From an uncultured Bacilli bacterium (lineage in GTDB: Bacteria > Bacillota_I > Bacilli_A > RF39 > UBA660): a stretch of DNA of 55,909 nt. The position numbers and the translations under genes are program-made. Position 1 is the stretch's first letter. Every line of letters begins with the position of its first letter. Shown piece by piece: positions 10,488 to 20,703 of the stretch. Where the stretch lies: the NCBI GenBank assembly GCA_949745755.1, contig CATJZL010000044.1, positions 1 to 55,909 on the forward strand. The letters run 5' to 3'. The notes under the pieces were generated by a model. The model did no database searches and was not told the DNA's origin. It was given only the letters and a program-made list of their open reading frames with translations.

Positions 10488-10883
10488 ATGTCTAAAGAAA
10501 GTTTTAAAGATTTTGCAAGACTTCATCCTTCTCTTGCAACTAGTGTTAATAATAATCAAACTACTTGGCAAAAATTATATGAAATGTATGATATTTATGG
10601 AGAGAGAAGTTCTGTATGGGATACTTTTATGCCTACTTATACGGCAGCAGATTCTGTTGTACAGGCTACTCAAACTACTTCGGATTCCAATTTGAAAGAT
10701 GTAACTTTGTCTGATTTTATGAATACGATTAAAAATGTAGATTTAGAAACCGTGCAAAAAGGAATTGCAAATATTCAAAAAACAATTGGACTTCTACAGG
10801 ATATGGGGCTTGGAGGTGCTACGAAGGCAGTAAGTACACCAACATATGAGCCTAGGCCTATGTATAGATATTTTGAGGATTAG
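10488..10883 (+). CDS. YlbD-like (putative spore coat) protein
   Basis: FKDFARLHPSLATSV..TTWQKLYEMYDIYGE..VWD matches the remembered YlbD N-terminal pattern. AGGTGA SD before ATG 10488. Followed by a YlbE-like gene, as in Bacillus. Confidence 0.55.
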   Translation: MSKESFKDFARLHPSLATSVNNNQTTWQKLYEMYDIYGERSSVWDTFMPTYTAADSVVQATQTTSDSNLKDVTLSDFMNTIKNVDLETVQKGIANIQKTIGLLQDMGLGGATKAVSTPTYEPRPMYRYFED

Positions 10884-10885
10884 TT

Positions 10886-11107
10886 ATGCAAGTTGAAGCA
10901 AGGATTGCTATTCAAAATAATCCCAATTTAAAAAGATACTTGAAGGAACACTCTCTTTGGTATAAGTATTTAAATAGAAGTCCTAAATATTTGAAGCAAA
11001 TGGAGGAAGTGATGAAAAAGGAATATAAATTAACGACAGAGGATCGTATAGAGAAGATTGGAGAAAGTATTAATTTAGTTTCAAGTCTTCTTTCTGTACT
11101 AAAATAG
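10886..11107 (+). CDS. YlbE-like small protein
   Basis: 73 aa. NPNLKRYLKEHSLWYKYLNRSP pattern and adjacency to the ylbD-like gene. Confidence 0.5.
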   Translation: MQVEARIAIQNNPNLKRYLKEHSLWYKYLNRSPKYLKQMEEVMKKEYKLTTEDRIEKIGESINLVSSLLSVLK

Positions 11108-11118
11108 TTCGTAATTAT

Positions 11119-11147
11119 AATCAAGGGATACTTGATTTTTCTTTTTG
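11119..11147 (+). terminator. rho-independent terminator after the ylbE-like gene
   Basis: AATCAAG-GGATA-CTTGATT stem-loop followed by a T-run. Confidence 0.6.
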
Positions 11148-11156
11148 TAAAAAGTC

Positions 11157-11184
11157 TTGACTTTTATGTAAAATAGTGTATACT
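11157..11184 (+). promoter_or_regulatory. sigma-A-type promoter for the L,D-transpeptidase gene
   Basis: TTGACT (11157-11162), 16-nt spacer ending in TG, TATACT (11179-11184). Confidence 0.5.
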
Positions 11185-11213
11185 ATATATAATATTTTGA
11201 AAGGGGAAAAATT

Positions 11214-12140
11214 ATGAAAAGTAAAGTGAAATGTATGCTTATACTTGTGACTTTCTTTTTCTTTACTATTACTTCGGTTGATGCTTCTACTCTTAGATGT
11301 GATAAATATTTATCTAAGGGATATAGGGGAGAAGAAGTTAAAAAATTACAGGGGATACTTAATGATACTATGGGATGTAATTTATCTGTTGATGGTATAT
11401 TTGGTAGTTTGACTAAAAAGTGTGTTCAGAGTTTTCAAAGTACATACCATTTAAAAGTGGATGGAATAGTTGGAATAAATACTTGCAGTATGTTGAATTC
11501 TTTATCTACTGGTAGCCTTACTTCTACTACCAATGAAAAAAGTGCTAGTTTATCTTCAAAAAAAGTTAAGCATATATCTGTTAGTGGTTATGCAATTGTT
11601 ATTGGGGACAAGGTTAATGTTCGAAAAAGTTATACAACTGAGTCTGAAATTTTGACTACTGTTGAGTTAGGAAAAAAAGTGAAATTAATTTCTAAGGCAG
11701 GAGAATGGTATAAAATTAAAGTTGGTGATGTTAAAGGATATATTCGTGAGGATTTACTTGCTCGTGATGCGATTATAGTTGATATTAGTGATCAAAAACT
11801 TTATTTTTATAGAGAAGGTAAAACTATTTTTACTTCAAAAGTTGTTACTGGTACAAAAGGTGTTCATGATACACCAATAGGAAAATATTTACTTGATATT
11901 AGTTATAAATCTAAAGAGACGCATTTAAAAGAGTTTGATACTTATGTTGATTATTGGATGCCATTTGTTATGTCACGTGGTATTGGATTTCATGATGCAG
12001 ATAAAAGGCCTGCTAGTGATTATACTAAAGATCATTATACATATGATGGAAGCCATGGTTGTGTAAATATGCAAAAGAAAAATGCTAAAAAATTATATAA
12101 ACTATTAGATCAAGATACTATTGTTGTTGTAAGAGAATAA
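11214..12140 (+). CDS. secreted L,D-transpeptidase (PG-binding domain + SH3b + YkuD catalytic domain)
   Basis: Signal peptide MKSKVKCMLILVTFFFF..VDA. PG_binding-like LQGILN...VDGIFGSLT...VDGIVG repeats. SH3b-like VNVRKS...GEWYKIKVGDVKGYI. YkuD motif GFHD...GSHGCVNM with catalytic Cys. Confidence 0.85.
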   Translation: MKSKVKCMLILVTFFFFTITSVDASTLRCDKYLSKGYRGEEVKKLQGILNDTMGCNLSVDGIFGSLTKKCVQSFQSTYHLKVDGIVGINTCSMLNSLSTGSLTSTTNEKSASLSSKKVKHISVSGYAIVIGDKVNVRKSYTTESEILTTVELGKKVKLISKAGEWYKIKVGDVKGYIREDLLARDAIIVDISDQKLYFYREGKTIFTSKVVTGTKGVHDTPIGKYLLDISYKSKETHLKEFDTYVDYWMPFVMSRGIGFHDADKRPASDYTKDHYTYDGSHGCVNMQKKNAKKLYKLLDQDTIVVVRE

Positions 12141-12165
12141 ATTTTATTAAGATTTATTCTTTTTT
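12134..12165 (+). terminator. rho-independent terminator overlapping the ldt stop codon
   Basis: AGAATAAAT / ATTTATTCT 9-bp stem, 9-nt loop, then TTTTT. Confidence 0.55.
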
Positions 12166-12286
12166 GTATAAAAATGTCAAATAAAGAAAAAGTCCTTGTA
12201 TAATTCTTAATAATTAGTATACAATGAATTTATAAGGATAAGGGTTTGGATTGAACATTATTCTTAGTATAAAATTTATAGGAGGT

Positions 12287-12583
12287 ATAATGATGGGAAC
12301 TGTACATGTTGAAGAATCAGGACTTAATGACTTAAAAGCTGCTATGGCAGAAGCAGGTGAAAATTATAAACAAAATTTAGCAAAATTACAAAATTTAATT
12401 AATGAAATTACAAGTGGTGATATAAAAGGAGATCCTGCTACTGATTTAAAAACTAAATTTGAAGCTAAAGAAGCTACATTTAAAGCACTAGCTAATACAA
12501 TTGATCAAGCAGAAGAAGATATGGGAATGCAGACTACTAAATTTACTAGCATGATTAGTAATTTATCTTCTAGTATGCAATAG
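12287..12583 (+). CDS. small alpha-helical protein, WXG100-superfamily-like (degenerate W-x-G = I-K-G)
   Basis: About 98 aa. TAGGAGG SD. Two predicted helices around a central SGDIKGDPA turn, with Ala/Glu/Lys/Leu heptad-like composition. First gene of a two-gene unit closed by a terminator. Confidence 0.55.
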   Translation: MMMGTVHVEESGLNDLKAAMAEAGENYKQNLAKLQNLINEITSGDIKGDPATDLKTKFEAKEATFKALANTIDQAEEDMGMQTTKFTSMISNLSSSMQ

Positions 12584-12609
12584 TTTTTTTGAGGAGAGGA
12601 GTTTATTTT

Positions 12610-12882
12610 ATGAATATAACTATTAATACAGGTGCAGCAGTTGAAGATGCTACACAAATTGATAATATAGTAAGGCAAATTGAACAAGATATGGAAATCT
12701 TGGATGCAGCTATAAAAAGAAATATACCATCAAATGTTGATACAGATTGGTCTGAAAGATTAAAATCTGATTGGACTAATTATTATGGTTCAGATGTTCC
12801 TGAGACTATGAGAGCTATGAATCAAAGTGCAGAAAATTTGAGAAAAGCAGTACAAGAAGCTTTAAATTATAGTCAAGGTTAA
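12610..12882 (+). CDS. small alpha-helical protein, WXG100-like (central DWSERLKSDW..YYG)
   Basis: 90 aa. GAGGAGAGGAG SD 8 nt before ATG 12610. Helix-turn-helix layout with a Trp-containing central turn and a C-terminal AENLRKAVQEALNYSQG tail reminiscent of Esx proteins. Confidence 0.55.
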   Translation: MNITINTGAAVEDATQIDNIVRQIEQDMEILDAAIKRNIPSNVDTDWSERLKSDWTNYYGSDVPETMRAMNQSAENLRKAVQEALNYSQG

Positions 12883-12886
12883 AAGG

Positions 12887-12916
12887 TATTCCTATTTTAT
12901 GTAGGAATATTTTTTT
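12887..12916 (+). terminator. rho-independent terminator after the small-protein pair
   Basis: TATTCCTA-TTTTATG-TAGGAATA stem-loop followed by T7 (12910-12916). Confidence 0.65.
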
Positions 12917-13010
12917 GTCTAGTTTTGTAAATTTAGGGAATATATATTTACATTCTTTTTTTATGATGTTATTCTATTATTAAGATAAGAGGTAGAAGGA
13001 TGATGATAAG

Positions 13011-13571
13011 ATGGCAGAAATAACTAGTTTAGAACAATGTTTTTCGATTTCAAAAATTTCAAGATATGTAATAGCATTGGATGAAATAAATGATCGATTA
13101 AATAATGAAATTATTAAAGTAGCAGATGAAAATCTATTTGGAAAAAGTGCATTTTATTGTGGAAATAGTCATGTTACAGTGAAAGAAAAGGTACATAAGG
13201 CTAACAAAGAAATTCAATCTACTGAAAAAAAAGTAAAAGAATTAAAAAATTTGATTTATAAAAAATCATATGAGCAAAGAGTTGAGGATTTGTCTAAATA
13301 TATTGATTATCTTAATGGAGAAATTGCTAAAGGAGAAGCGAATATAAATAAATATCAAAATTTATTGGATACACAATATCCTAATATCAGGGAAGAATCT
13401 GATTTTGGAAATCAAACGCGCTTTAATGCAGCTAATATAACAGCATGGAGAGTCACGCGGATTAGTAAAGATAATCAGTATGCAGCATTGGATCATTTAT
13501 ATCAGGAATTAGAAAAGGCAAAAGCAGAACTTACAAATGCCAAAATTATGGTTATGCATAATTTTATATAA
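13011..13571 (+). CDS. 186-aa coiled-coil protein with LXG-like N-terminal motif (no C-terminal effector domain)
   Basis: LDEINDRLNN (aa 23-32) then ENLFGKSAFY (aa 40-49). The remainder is Lys/Glu-rich coiled coil. Shares its N-terminal motif, in register, with the next gene. Confidence 0.5.
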   Translation: MAEITSLEQCFSISKISRYVIALDEINDRLNNEIIKVADENLFGKSAFYCGNSHVTVKEKVHKANKEIQSTEKKVKELKNLIYKKSYEQRVEDLSKYIDYLNGEIAKGEANINKYQNLLDTQYPNIREESDFGNQTRFNAANITAWRVTRISKDNQYAALDHLYQELEKAKAELTNAKIMVMHNFI

Positions 13572-13586
13572 TTAGTGGAGGTCAAT

Positions 13587-15176
13587 ATGGGATCAAATAA
13601 TGGATATAGTTGGTATTGTGATACTAAAAAATTAGATGAATGTAGTAATATTTTAGAACCTTTAGTAGATAGATTGACCAATATTGGAGATTCTGTTTCT
13701 GAATCAAAGAGTAGATTTGGTGGAGATTTGTCTACTTTAAAGGGTAGAGAGGAAATTTTATCTTCTTTTGAGGATATTCTTTTTTCATTGTTTAATGTAA
13801 AAAAGGGGTATACCAATATTATAGAATTGATTGATACTATTTTAGAAATGAACAAAAATTATACAGTAGGTAAGAATTCTAATGTATTTAAAGTATCTAG
13901 CAGTGGGAGTGCTTTTACAGTGTTGTTAGGTACAGAAGAATATAAAAGAATAAAGGAAAAATTTGGATATGATATTGGTATAAAATCAAAGAAATCGAAG
14001 GAAAGTGTTTTTGATTCTATTGGTCAAACTATGTCTAATTCTGTGGGAGCTATAGTAGTAAGTAAGGGGGCAATTAGTTCTGTATCCAGTATAGTTTCTT
14101 CAAAATCGAATGGTAAAGAAGAGACTTCTACTAGTATGAGTAGTACTCATACTAGTAGTGTTAAGTCTCAAATTCAACAAAAGAAGCAGAATGTTGAAGA
14201 TTCAGCCAAATTAAAAGAGAAAAAGAAGAGTACTAATAAGTCTAAGTTTAACTCTATCGGAAAAGTTACAGGTGCTACAACGACCATTGTAGGTACTACA
14301 GTTTCTCCAAGTTTAGATAAGGTTGTTTCTTCTAAACCTCCAATTCATTCTAATTCTTTTAATATTAAAGATTTTCTTGATCGGCTTCATATAACTATTA
14401 CTAATAAGCCTACTACTAATAAACCTACAACTGGAAATACAAACAGTGTTCAAAAGCCTGATTCTTCTTCCCCTAATGTTCCAGTCAATCCTAGTACTCC
14501 ATCTGTTCCTAATGAATTTCCTGAAGATCTAGTTGATACTCCAATACAAGGTGGAGAAGTAGTTGATTCTAATGTCTCTTCTTCTATTAATTCTTCTGCT
14601 TCATCTAGCACTTCTTCAATTAAAACAACAGGCACTACTAATGGAACTTATCAAAATTATAAAGTGGCTGGTTCTACAGTAGGTTCTATTTCTAATGAAC
14701 AGGTTTCTGTTGATACTTCTAACTCTCCTGATCTAGTTCAAAAGGAGGAGGGGAAATTACCAGATTATAATACAGGCAAAGATTTATTTGATATTGAAGA
14801 TATAGATGATGATTTACTTTCTTCTGAAGTAGAAGAGGTGGGCAAAGCGTCTAAAGGTTTGGGACCAGTTATTCCTATAGTTGGTGGTGTTTTAGGAGCT
14901 ACGGCCTTAGGAATTGGTGCGAAAGTTTATAAAGATAATAAGAGTAATAATGAGTTGGATTTAGATGAAGACCGATTAACAAATGAAAATAAATTTTGGA
15001 CAGATGAGGAAGCTGAAGTTATACATAGTGAAAAAGAAGTTTATGAAGAGGAAAAACAAGCAGTTATTGATACGAAATATAGAGCTATTCATAATGATAT
15101 AGAAGAAAGTGATACATGGAGTATGGATGAAGAAGTGGATGTAAATTCAACAATTGATTTATTAGAGAGTAATTAG
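13587..15176 (+). CDS. 529-aa protein: LXG-like N-terminal helical domain, long Ser/Thr/Pro-rich region, one TM helix, acidic C-terminal tail
   Basis: GGAGG SD before ATG 13587. LEPLVDRLTN (aa 23-32) and SRFGGDL (aa 42-48). Low-complexity S/T/P stretch including NKPTTNKPTT. TM GLGPVIPIVGGVLGATALGIGAKVY (nt ~14857-14931). Asp/Glu-rich tail. Confidence 0.55.
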   Translation: MGSNNGYSWYCDTKKLDECSNILEPLVDRLTNIGDSVSESKSRFGGDLSTLKGREEILSSFEDILFSLFNVKKGYTNIIELIDTILEMNKNYTVGKNSNVFKVSSSGSAFTVLLGTEEYKRIKEKFGYDIGIKSKKSKESVFDSIGQTMSNSVGAIVVSKGAISSVSSIVSSKSNGKEETSTSMSSTHTSSVKSQIQQKKQNVEDSAKLKEKKKSTNKSKFNSIGKVTGATTTIVGTTVSPSLDKVVSSKPPIHSNSFNIKDFLDRLHITITNKPTTNKPTTGNTNSVQKPDSSSPNVPVNPSTPSVPNEFPEDLVDTPIQGGEVVDSNVSSSINSSASSSTSSIKTTGTTNGTYQNYKVAGSTVGSISNEQVSVDTSNSPDLVQKEEGKLPDYNTGKDLFDIEDIDDDLLSSEVEEVGKASKGLGPVIPIVGGVLGATALGIGAKVYKDNKSNNELDLDEDRLTNENKFWTDEEAEVIHSEKEVYEEEKQAVIDTKYRAIHNDIEESDTWSMDEEVDVNSTIDLLESN

Positions 15177-15186
15177 GAGGGAATAT

Positions 15187-15588
15187 ATGGATAATAATAG
15201 TAAATATTTACCTATTGGATCTATAGTTTTACTGAAAGGTGGAATAAAGAGTGTGATGGTTACTGGTTTTTGTGTAATCCCAAATGATAAGCCTCATAAA
15301 ATGTATGATTATTGTGGTTATCCCTATCCAGAGGGCTGTATTAACTCTAATGAGGTTTGCTTATTTAATCATCACCAAATTGAAAAGATTGTTTTTATTG
15401 GCTATGTTAGTGAGGAGGAGGAATCATTTAAGAAAGAACTTCTTACTGTTGCTCAAGAAATTACTGTGGATAGTGATAATAATATAATTAGTGATAATTT
15501 GTCTGAGACATTGTCTTTACTTGATGATGATGTTCCATATGATGCTTCTTTTAGTATAAATGATAATATTTTTAATGAGGATGTTTAG
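15187..15588 (+). CDS. DUF4176-family protein (T7SSb-associated chaperone family) with acidic C-terminal extension
   Basis: YLPIGSIVLLKGG..VMVTGF......YDYCGYPYPEG......FNHHQIEKIVFIGY is the characteristic DUF4176 pattern. An extra ~50 aa Ser/Asp-rich tail follows. Confidence 0.75.
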   Translation: MDNNSKYLPIGSIVLLKGGIKSVMVTGFCVIPNDKPHKMYDYCGYPYPEGCINSNEVCLFNHHQIEKIVFIGYVSEEEESFKKELLTVAQEITVDSDNNIISDNLSETLSLLDDDVPYDASFSINDNIFNEDV

Positions 15589-15781
15589 ATTTATTTCCTG
15601 TTTTATTAAATTAGAGCCTAGTATTTAGTGCTTTTTTTATTTGATAGTAAATTATTTAATATATTATGGTTACTTCTATATGTTTATTTATTAAGATAAA
15701 AAAAGTTGTATTTCATATTTTAATTTTGAAAAAATTGTTGTATAATTTATTAGTAAATAAAACAAGAAAAGGAGAAAAAAT

Positions 15782-17209
15782 ATGAGAAAAACAAAAATGC
15801 TTTGTGGGATTGGTCCTGCTACACAAGATTGGGAAGTATTTAAAAAATTAGTCATGAATGGTCTTAATGTAGCGAGAGTTAACTTTTCCCATGCTACATT
15901 GGAAGAGAGAAAGACAACAGAAGATTTAGTGGCTAGAGCTCGTAAGGAATTAGGTAAAGATGTGGCTATTTTATTTGATACAAAGGGACCAGATCTTAGA
16001 ACATGTAGTTTTGAAAATGATTTTATAGACTTTGTTGCAGGAGCTACTATTAAAATTGTTAGAGAAAGTGTTCTAGGTACTAAGGATAAGATTAGTTTTA
16101 ATTTTCCTCAAGTTATTGATAATTTAGCTATAGGTACAGAAATATTGTTAAATGATGGCTTTGTAAGACTAGAAGTTATTTCTGTGGAAGATGAGAGTGG
16201 CGAAAATGGTGGAGGAGTTACTTGTAAAATCCTTGACAGTGCTACTTTACAAAGTAGACGTGGAGTGAATATCCCAGGAGTTGATTTGAATATTCCATTT
16301 ATTTCTGAAGTAGATGAAGAAGATATTAAGTATTCTTGCGAACATGATGGTGATTTTCTTGGTATTAGTTTTGTTTCAAGTGCAGAGGATGTACGTGCTG
16401 CAAGAGAATTGCTTGTAAAATATGGACGTGGAGATATGGCTATTCTATCCAAAATAGAAACAAAGAAAGCTATTGAAAATATTGATGAAATCATTGATGA
16501 GACTGATGGTATTATTATTGCTAGAGGAGATTTAAGTGTTGAAGTTCCTTTTATTGAGGTACCTGTGCTTCAAAAGATGATTTTAAGAAAATGTCGTGAA
16601 AAAGGAAAAGTTTGTATTGTTGCTACCGAAATGCTTAAAAGTATGTGTAAAAATTCACGTCCAACTAAAGCAGAGCTTACAGATATTTCAACTGCTGTTT
16701 TTGATGGAACCGATGCAGTATGGTTAAGTGATGAAACTACAATTGGTGCTCATCCAGATCTTGCTAGTCAATATTTAGGAGAAGTGGCAGATGAAGCAGA
16801 GGCTTATTACGAAGAGTATGGTACAAAATATCTTGCTAGTCATGGTCATGATACGCCAGATTTACTTGCTAGTAGTGTTGTAAAGGCAGCAGAGGATGGA
16901 AATGTTAAGGTTATTGTTGCGGCTACCATGAGTGGATTTACAGCACAAAGAATTAGTAATTTGAAACCAGATGCTATTGTACTTGCTGCTGTTCCAGATG
17001 AAAGGGTTGCTAGAAAGCTTGCTCTTACTTGGGGGGTTTATCCAATTGTTACTGGAGAATATGGTTCAACAGATGAACTTGTTGCAGATGCTGTTAAGCG
17101 TGCTAAAGAGTTTATGTCATTAGATAAGGGAGATAAGATAGTTATAACAGGAGGTTTCCCTAATACTGGTATTAAAAAGACCAACTTTATGAAGATAGAA
17201 GAAATTTAG
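15782..17209 (+). CDS. pyk: pyruvate kinase (no C-terminal PEP-utiliser extension)
   Basis: RKTKMLCGIGPA, NVARVNFSH, FDTKGPDLR, IIIARGDLSVEVP, ATEMLKSM motifs; 475 aa. Confidence 0.95.
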   Translation: MRKTKMLCGIGPATQDWEVFKKLVMNGLNVARVNFSHATLEERKTTEDLVARARKELGKDVAILFDTKGPDLRTCSFENDFIDFVAGATIKIVRESVLGTKDKISFNFPQVIDNLAIGTEILLNDGFVRLEVISVEDESGENGGGVTCKILDSATLQSRRGVNIPGVDLNIPFISEVDEEDIKYSCEHDGDFLGISFVSSAEDVRAARELLVKYGRGDMAILSKIETKKAIENIDEIIDETDGIIIARGDLSVEVPFIEVPVLQKMILRKCREKGKVCIVATEMLKSMCKNSRPTKAELTDISTAVFDGTDAVWLSDETTIGAHPDLASQYLGEVADEAEAYYEEYGTKYLASHGHDTPDLLASSVVKAAEDGNVKVIVAATMSGFTAQRISNLKPDAIVLAAVPDERVARKLALTWGVYPIVTGEYGSTDELVADAVKRAKEFMSLDKGDKIVITGGFPNTGIKKTNFMKIEEI

Positions 17210-17216
17210 TCATATA

Positions 17217-17255
17217 AATAAGATGTAATCTTATAGGATTGCATCTTATTTTTCA
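17217..17255. terminator. bidirectional terminator between convergent pyk and tmcAL
   Basis: AATAAGATG...CATCTTATT arms with flanking A/T runs. The 3' arm overlaps the tmcAL stop codon. Confidence 0.5.
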
Positions 17256-18385
17256 TTTTGTAAGTGGTTTGTATATTCTTTTTTGATTAATTCTTTTTCA
17301 TTGTTTGGTATGGCATATATTGTTGTTGCTTTTAGTTCTAATTCCAACATTTTATTATTTCTTATAAATTTACTAATTATAGGTATTTCTACATTTTTTT
17401 TGATTTTGCGTAAATATTTTTGTCCTTTTTTATCAAATCCTAGTATTCTAATGTATGTGATTTCTCTGAAGTTTTTTGCTTCTTCTTTTGTGAAACCCAT
17501 TAAAATATGTAAAAGCATTCTTGTTATTTTATTATATGTATAACGTTTGGATTTTAATTCTTCTATTAATTCTTGGTAGCTAGAGACTTCATAAATTGTT
17601 TTTTTTAATAGATTTTCTATTCCTTCCTCTACAGTGGCTATTTGATTTAAATTTTCTTCTGTGATGATTTTATATTTTAATAAATTGAAATATTGTTCTA
17701 TAAAATGTAAATTTTCTTTTTTTAAGTGAATATTTGTAAAGTTGGGTATAGCTTTTGTTACATCTTTATTGAGCAAAAGATTTTCACGAATTGCTGTAGC
17801 ACTTGCTATTGTGGATATATTTTTATCATGATAATTGTTTAGTCTTTTTATTGCTATAGGTTTGATCTTATATTTATTTGCTAAAATTACCTTTATGTAA
17901 CTTACGCCTAACAAATCATTTGGGGCGTTTACTTTTTCTCCTGTTAGATCATATATCGCTTTGGAGATTGCTGTGGGATAATTTTCCCCATATTTTGAGT
18001 ATAGTTTTACCAGACAATCAAACTCTTTATTGTTTATTTGGCATTTTGCGATGGTAGTTAGCGTTTTAATATCTTCTGTTTCACTTCCAAATACAAATTT
18101 TTCTATTTTTAATTTTTCTAAGATCGTAATGGCTCCATAGCTAAAAAAATCAGCTGATTGTGTTGCAAATGGAAAGGGTAGTTCTACTATTAAATTTATT
18201 CCTGCTTTTTTGGCAATTTCTACTTTTTTCCATTTATCAATTATTGATACAGTCCCTCTTTGTGTGTAATGGCCATTCATTACTAACACTATTTCCTCTT
18301 CAGGGAATTTTTCCTTTATTTTTTTTAAATGATATAGATGTCCATTATGAAAAGGGTTATATTCTGCTATAATTCCTACTGCCAT
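17246..18385 (-). CDS. tmcAL: tRNA(Met) cytidine acetate ligase (YlbM/UPF0348 nucleotidyltransferase)
   Basis: MAVGIIAEYNPFHNGHLYHL HIGH-like nucleotidyltransferase start typical of YlbM/TmcAL; 379 aa. Confidence 0.85.
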   Translation of the reverse strand: MAVGIIAEYNPFHNGHLYHLKKIKEKFPEEEIVLVMNGHYTQRGTVSIIDKWKKVEIAKKAGINLIVELPFPFATQSADFFSYGAITILEKLKIEKFVFGSETEDIKTLTTIAKCQINNKEFDCLVKLYSKYGENYPTAISKAIYDLTGEKVNAPNDLLGVSYIKVILANKYKIKPIAIKRLNNYHDKNISTIASATAIRENLLLNKDVTKAIPNFTNIHLKKENLHFIEQYFNLLKYKIITEENLNQIATVEEGIENLLKKTIYEVSSYQELIEELKSKRYTYNKITRMLLHILMGFTKEEAKNFREITYIRILGFDKKGQKYLRKIKKNVEIPIISKFIRNNKMLELELKATTIYAIPNNEKELIKKEYTNHLQNEK

Positions 18386-18503
18386 AATATGCCTCCTTGT
18401 TAATTATTTTATCATAAAGAAAATCTTGTTTCTACTTCTTGAATTATTTTCTTAGTCGATATATACTATATTTATTATCATTTATAAATATAGGGAGGAT
18501 TTT

Positions 18504-20659
<2,156 letters not shown>

Positions 20660-20660
20660 T

Positions 20661-20699
20661 AAAAAATGATAAATTAGTTTAACTAATTTATCATTTTTT
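20661..20699. terminator. bidirectional terminator between tgt and the yqfQ-like gene
   Basis: Near-perfect 39-nt palindrome AAAAAATGATAAATTAGTT-T-AACTAATTTATCATTTTTT, with an A-run on one side and a T-run on the other. Confidence 0.75.
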
Positions 20700-20703
20700 T
20701 ATT

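Noticed and set aside
10480-10695. Same-strand out-of-frame ORFs: 10480-10695, 15284-15487, 22304-22540, 54501-54779.
   Set aside because: They are embedded in better-supported reading frames (YlbD-like, DUF4176, PilC, RNase HIII). Their hydrophobic low-complexity products have no start signals.
14403-14432. 15-bp tandem duplication (AATAAGCCTACTACT / AATAAACCTACAACT), considered as a stand-alone repeat feature or VNTR.
   Set aside because: There are only two imperfect copies inside a coding low-complexity linker. It is reported as part of the protein description rather than as a repeat locus.
15589-15781. 39-codon ORF (MVTSICLFIKIKK...) and a possible terminator upstream of pyk.
   Set aside because: No SD is present, and the proposed stem (AGCCTAG/TTAGTGCT) pairs poorly. 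Treated as a plain promoter region with an extended -10 (TGTATAAT).
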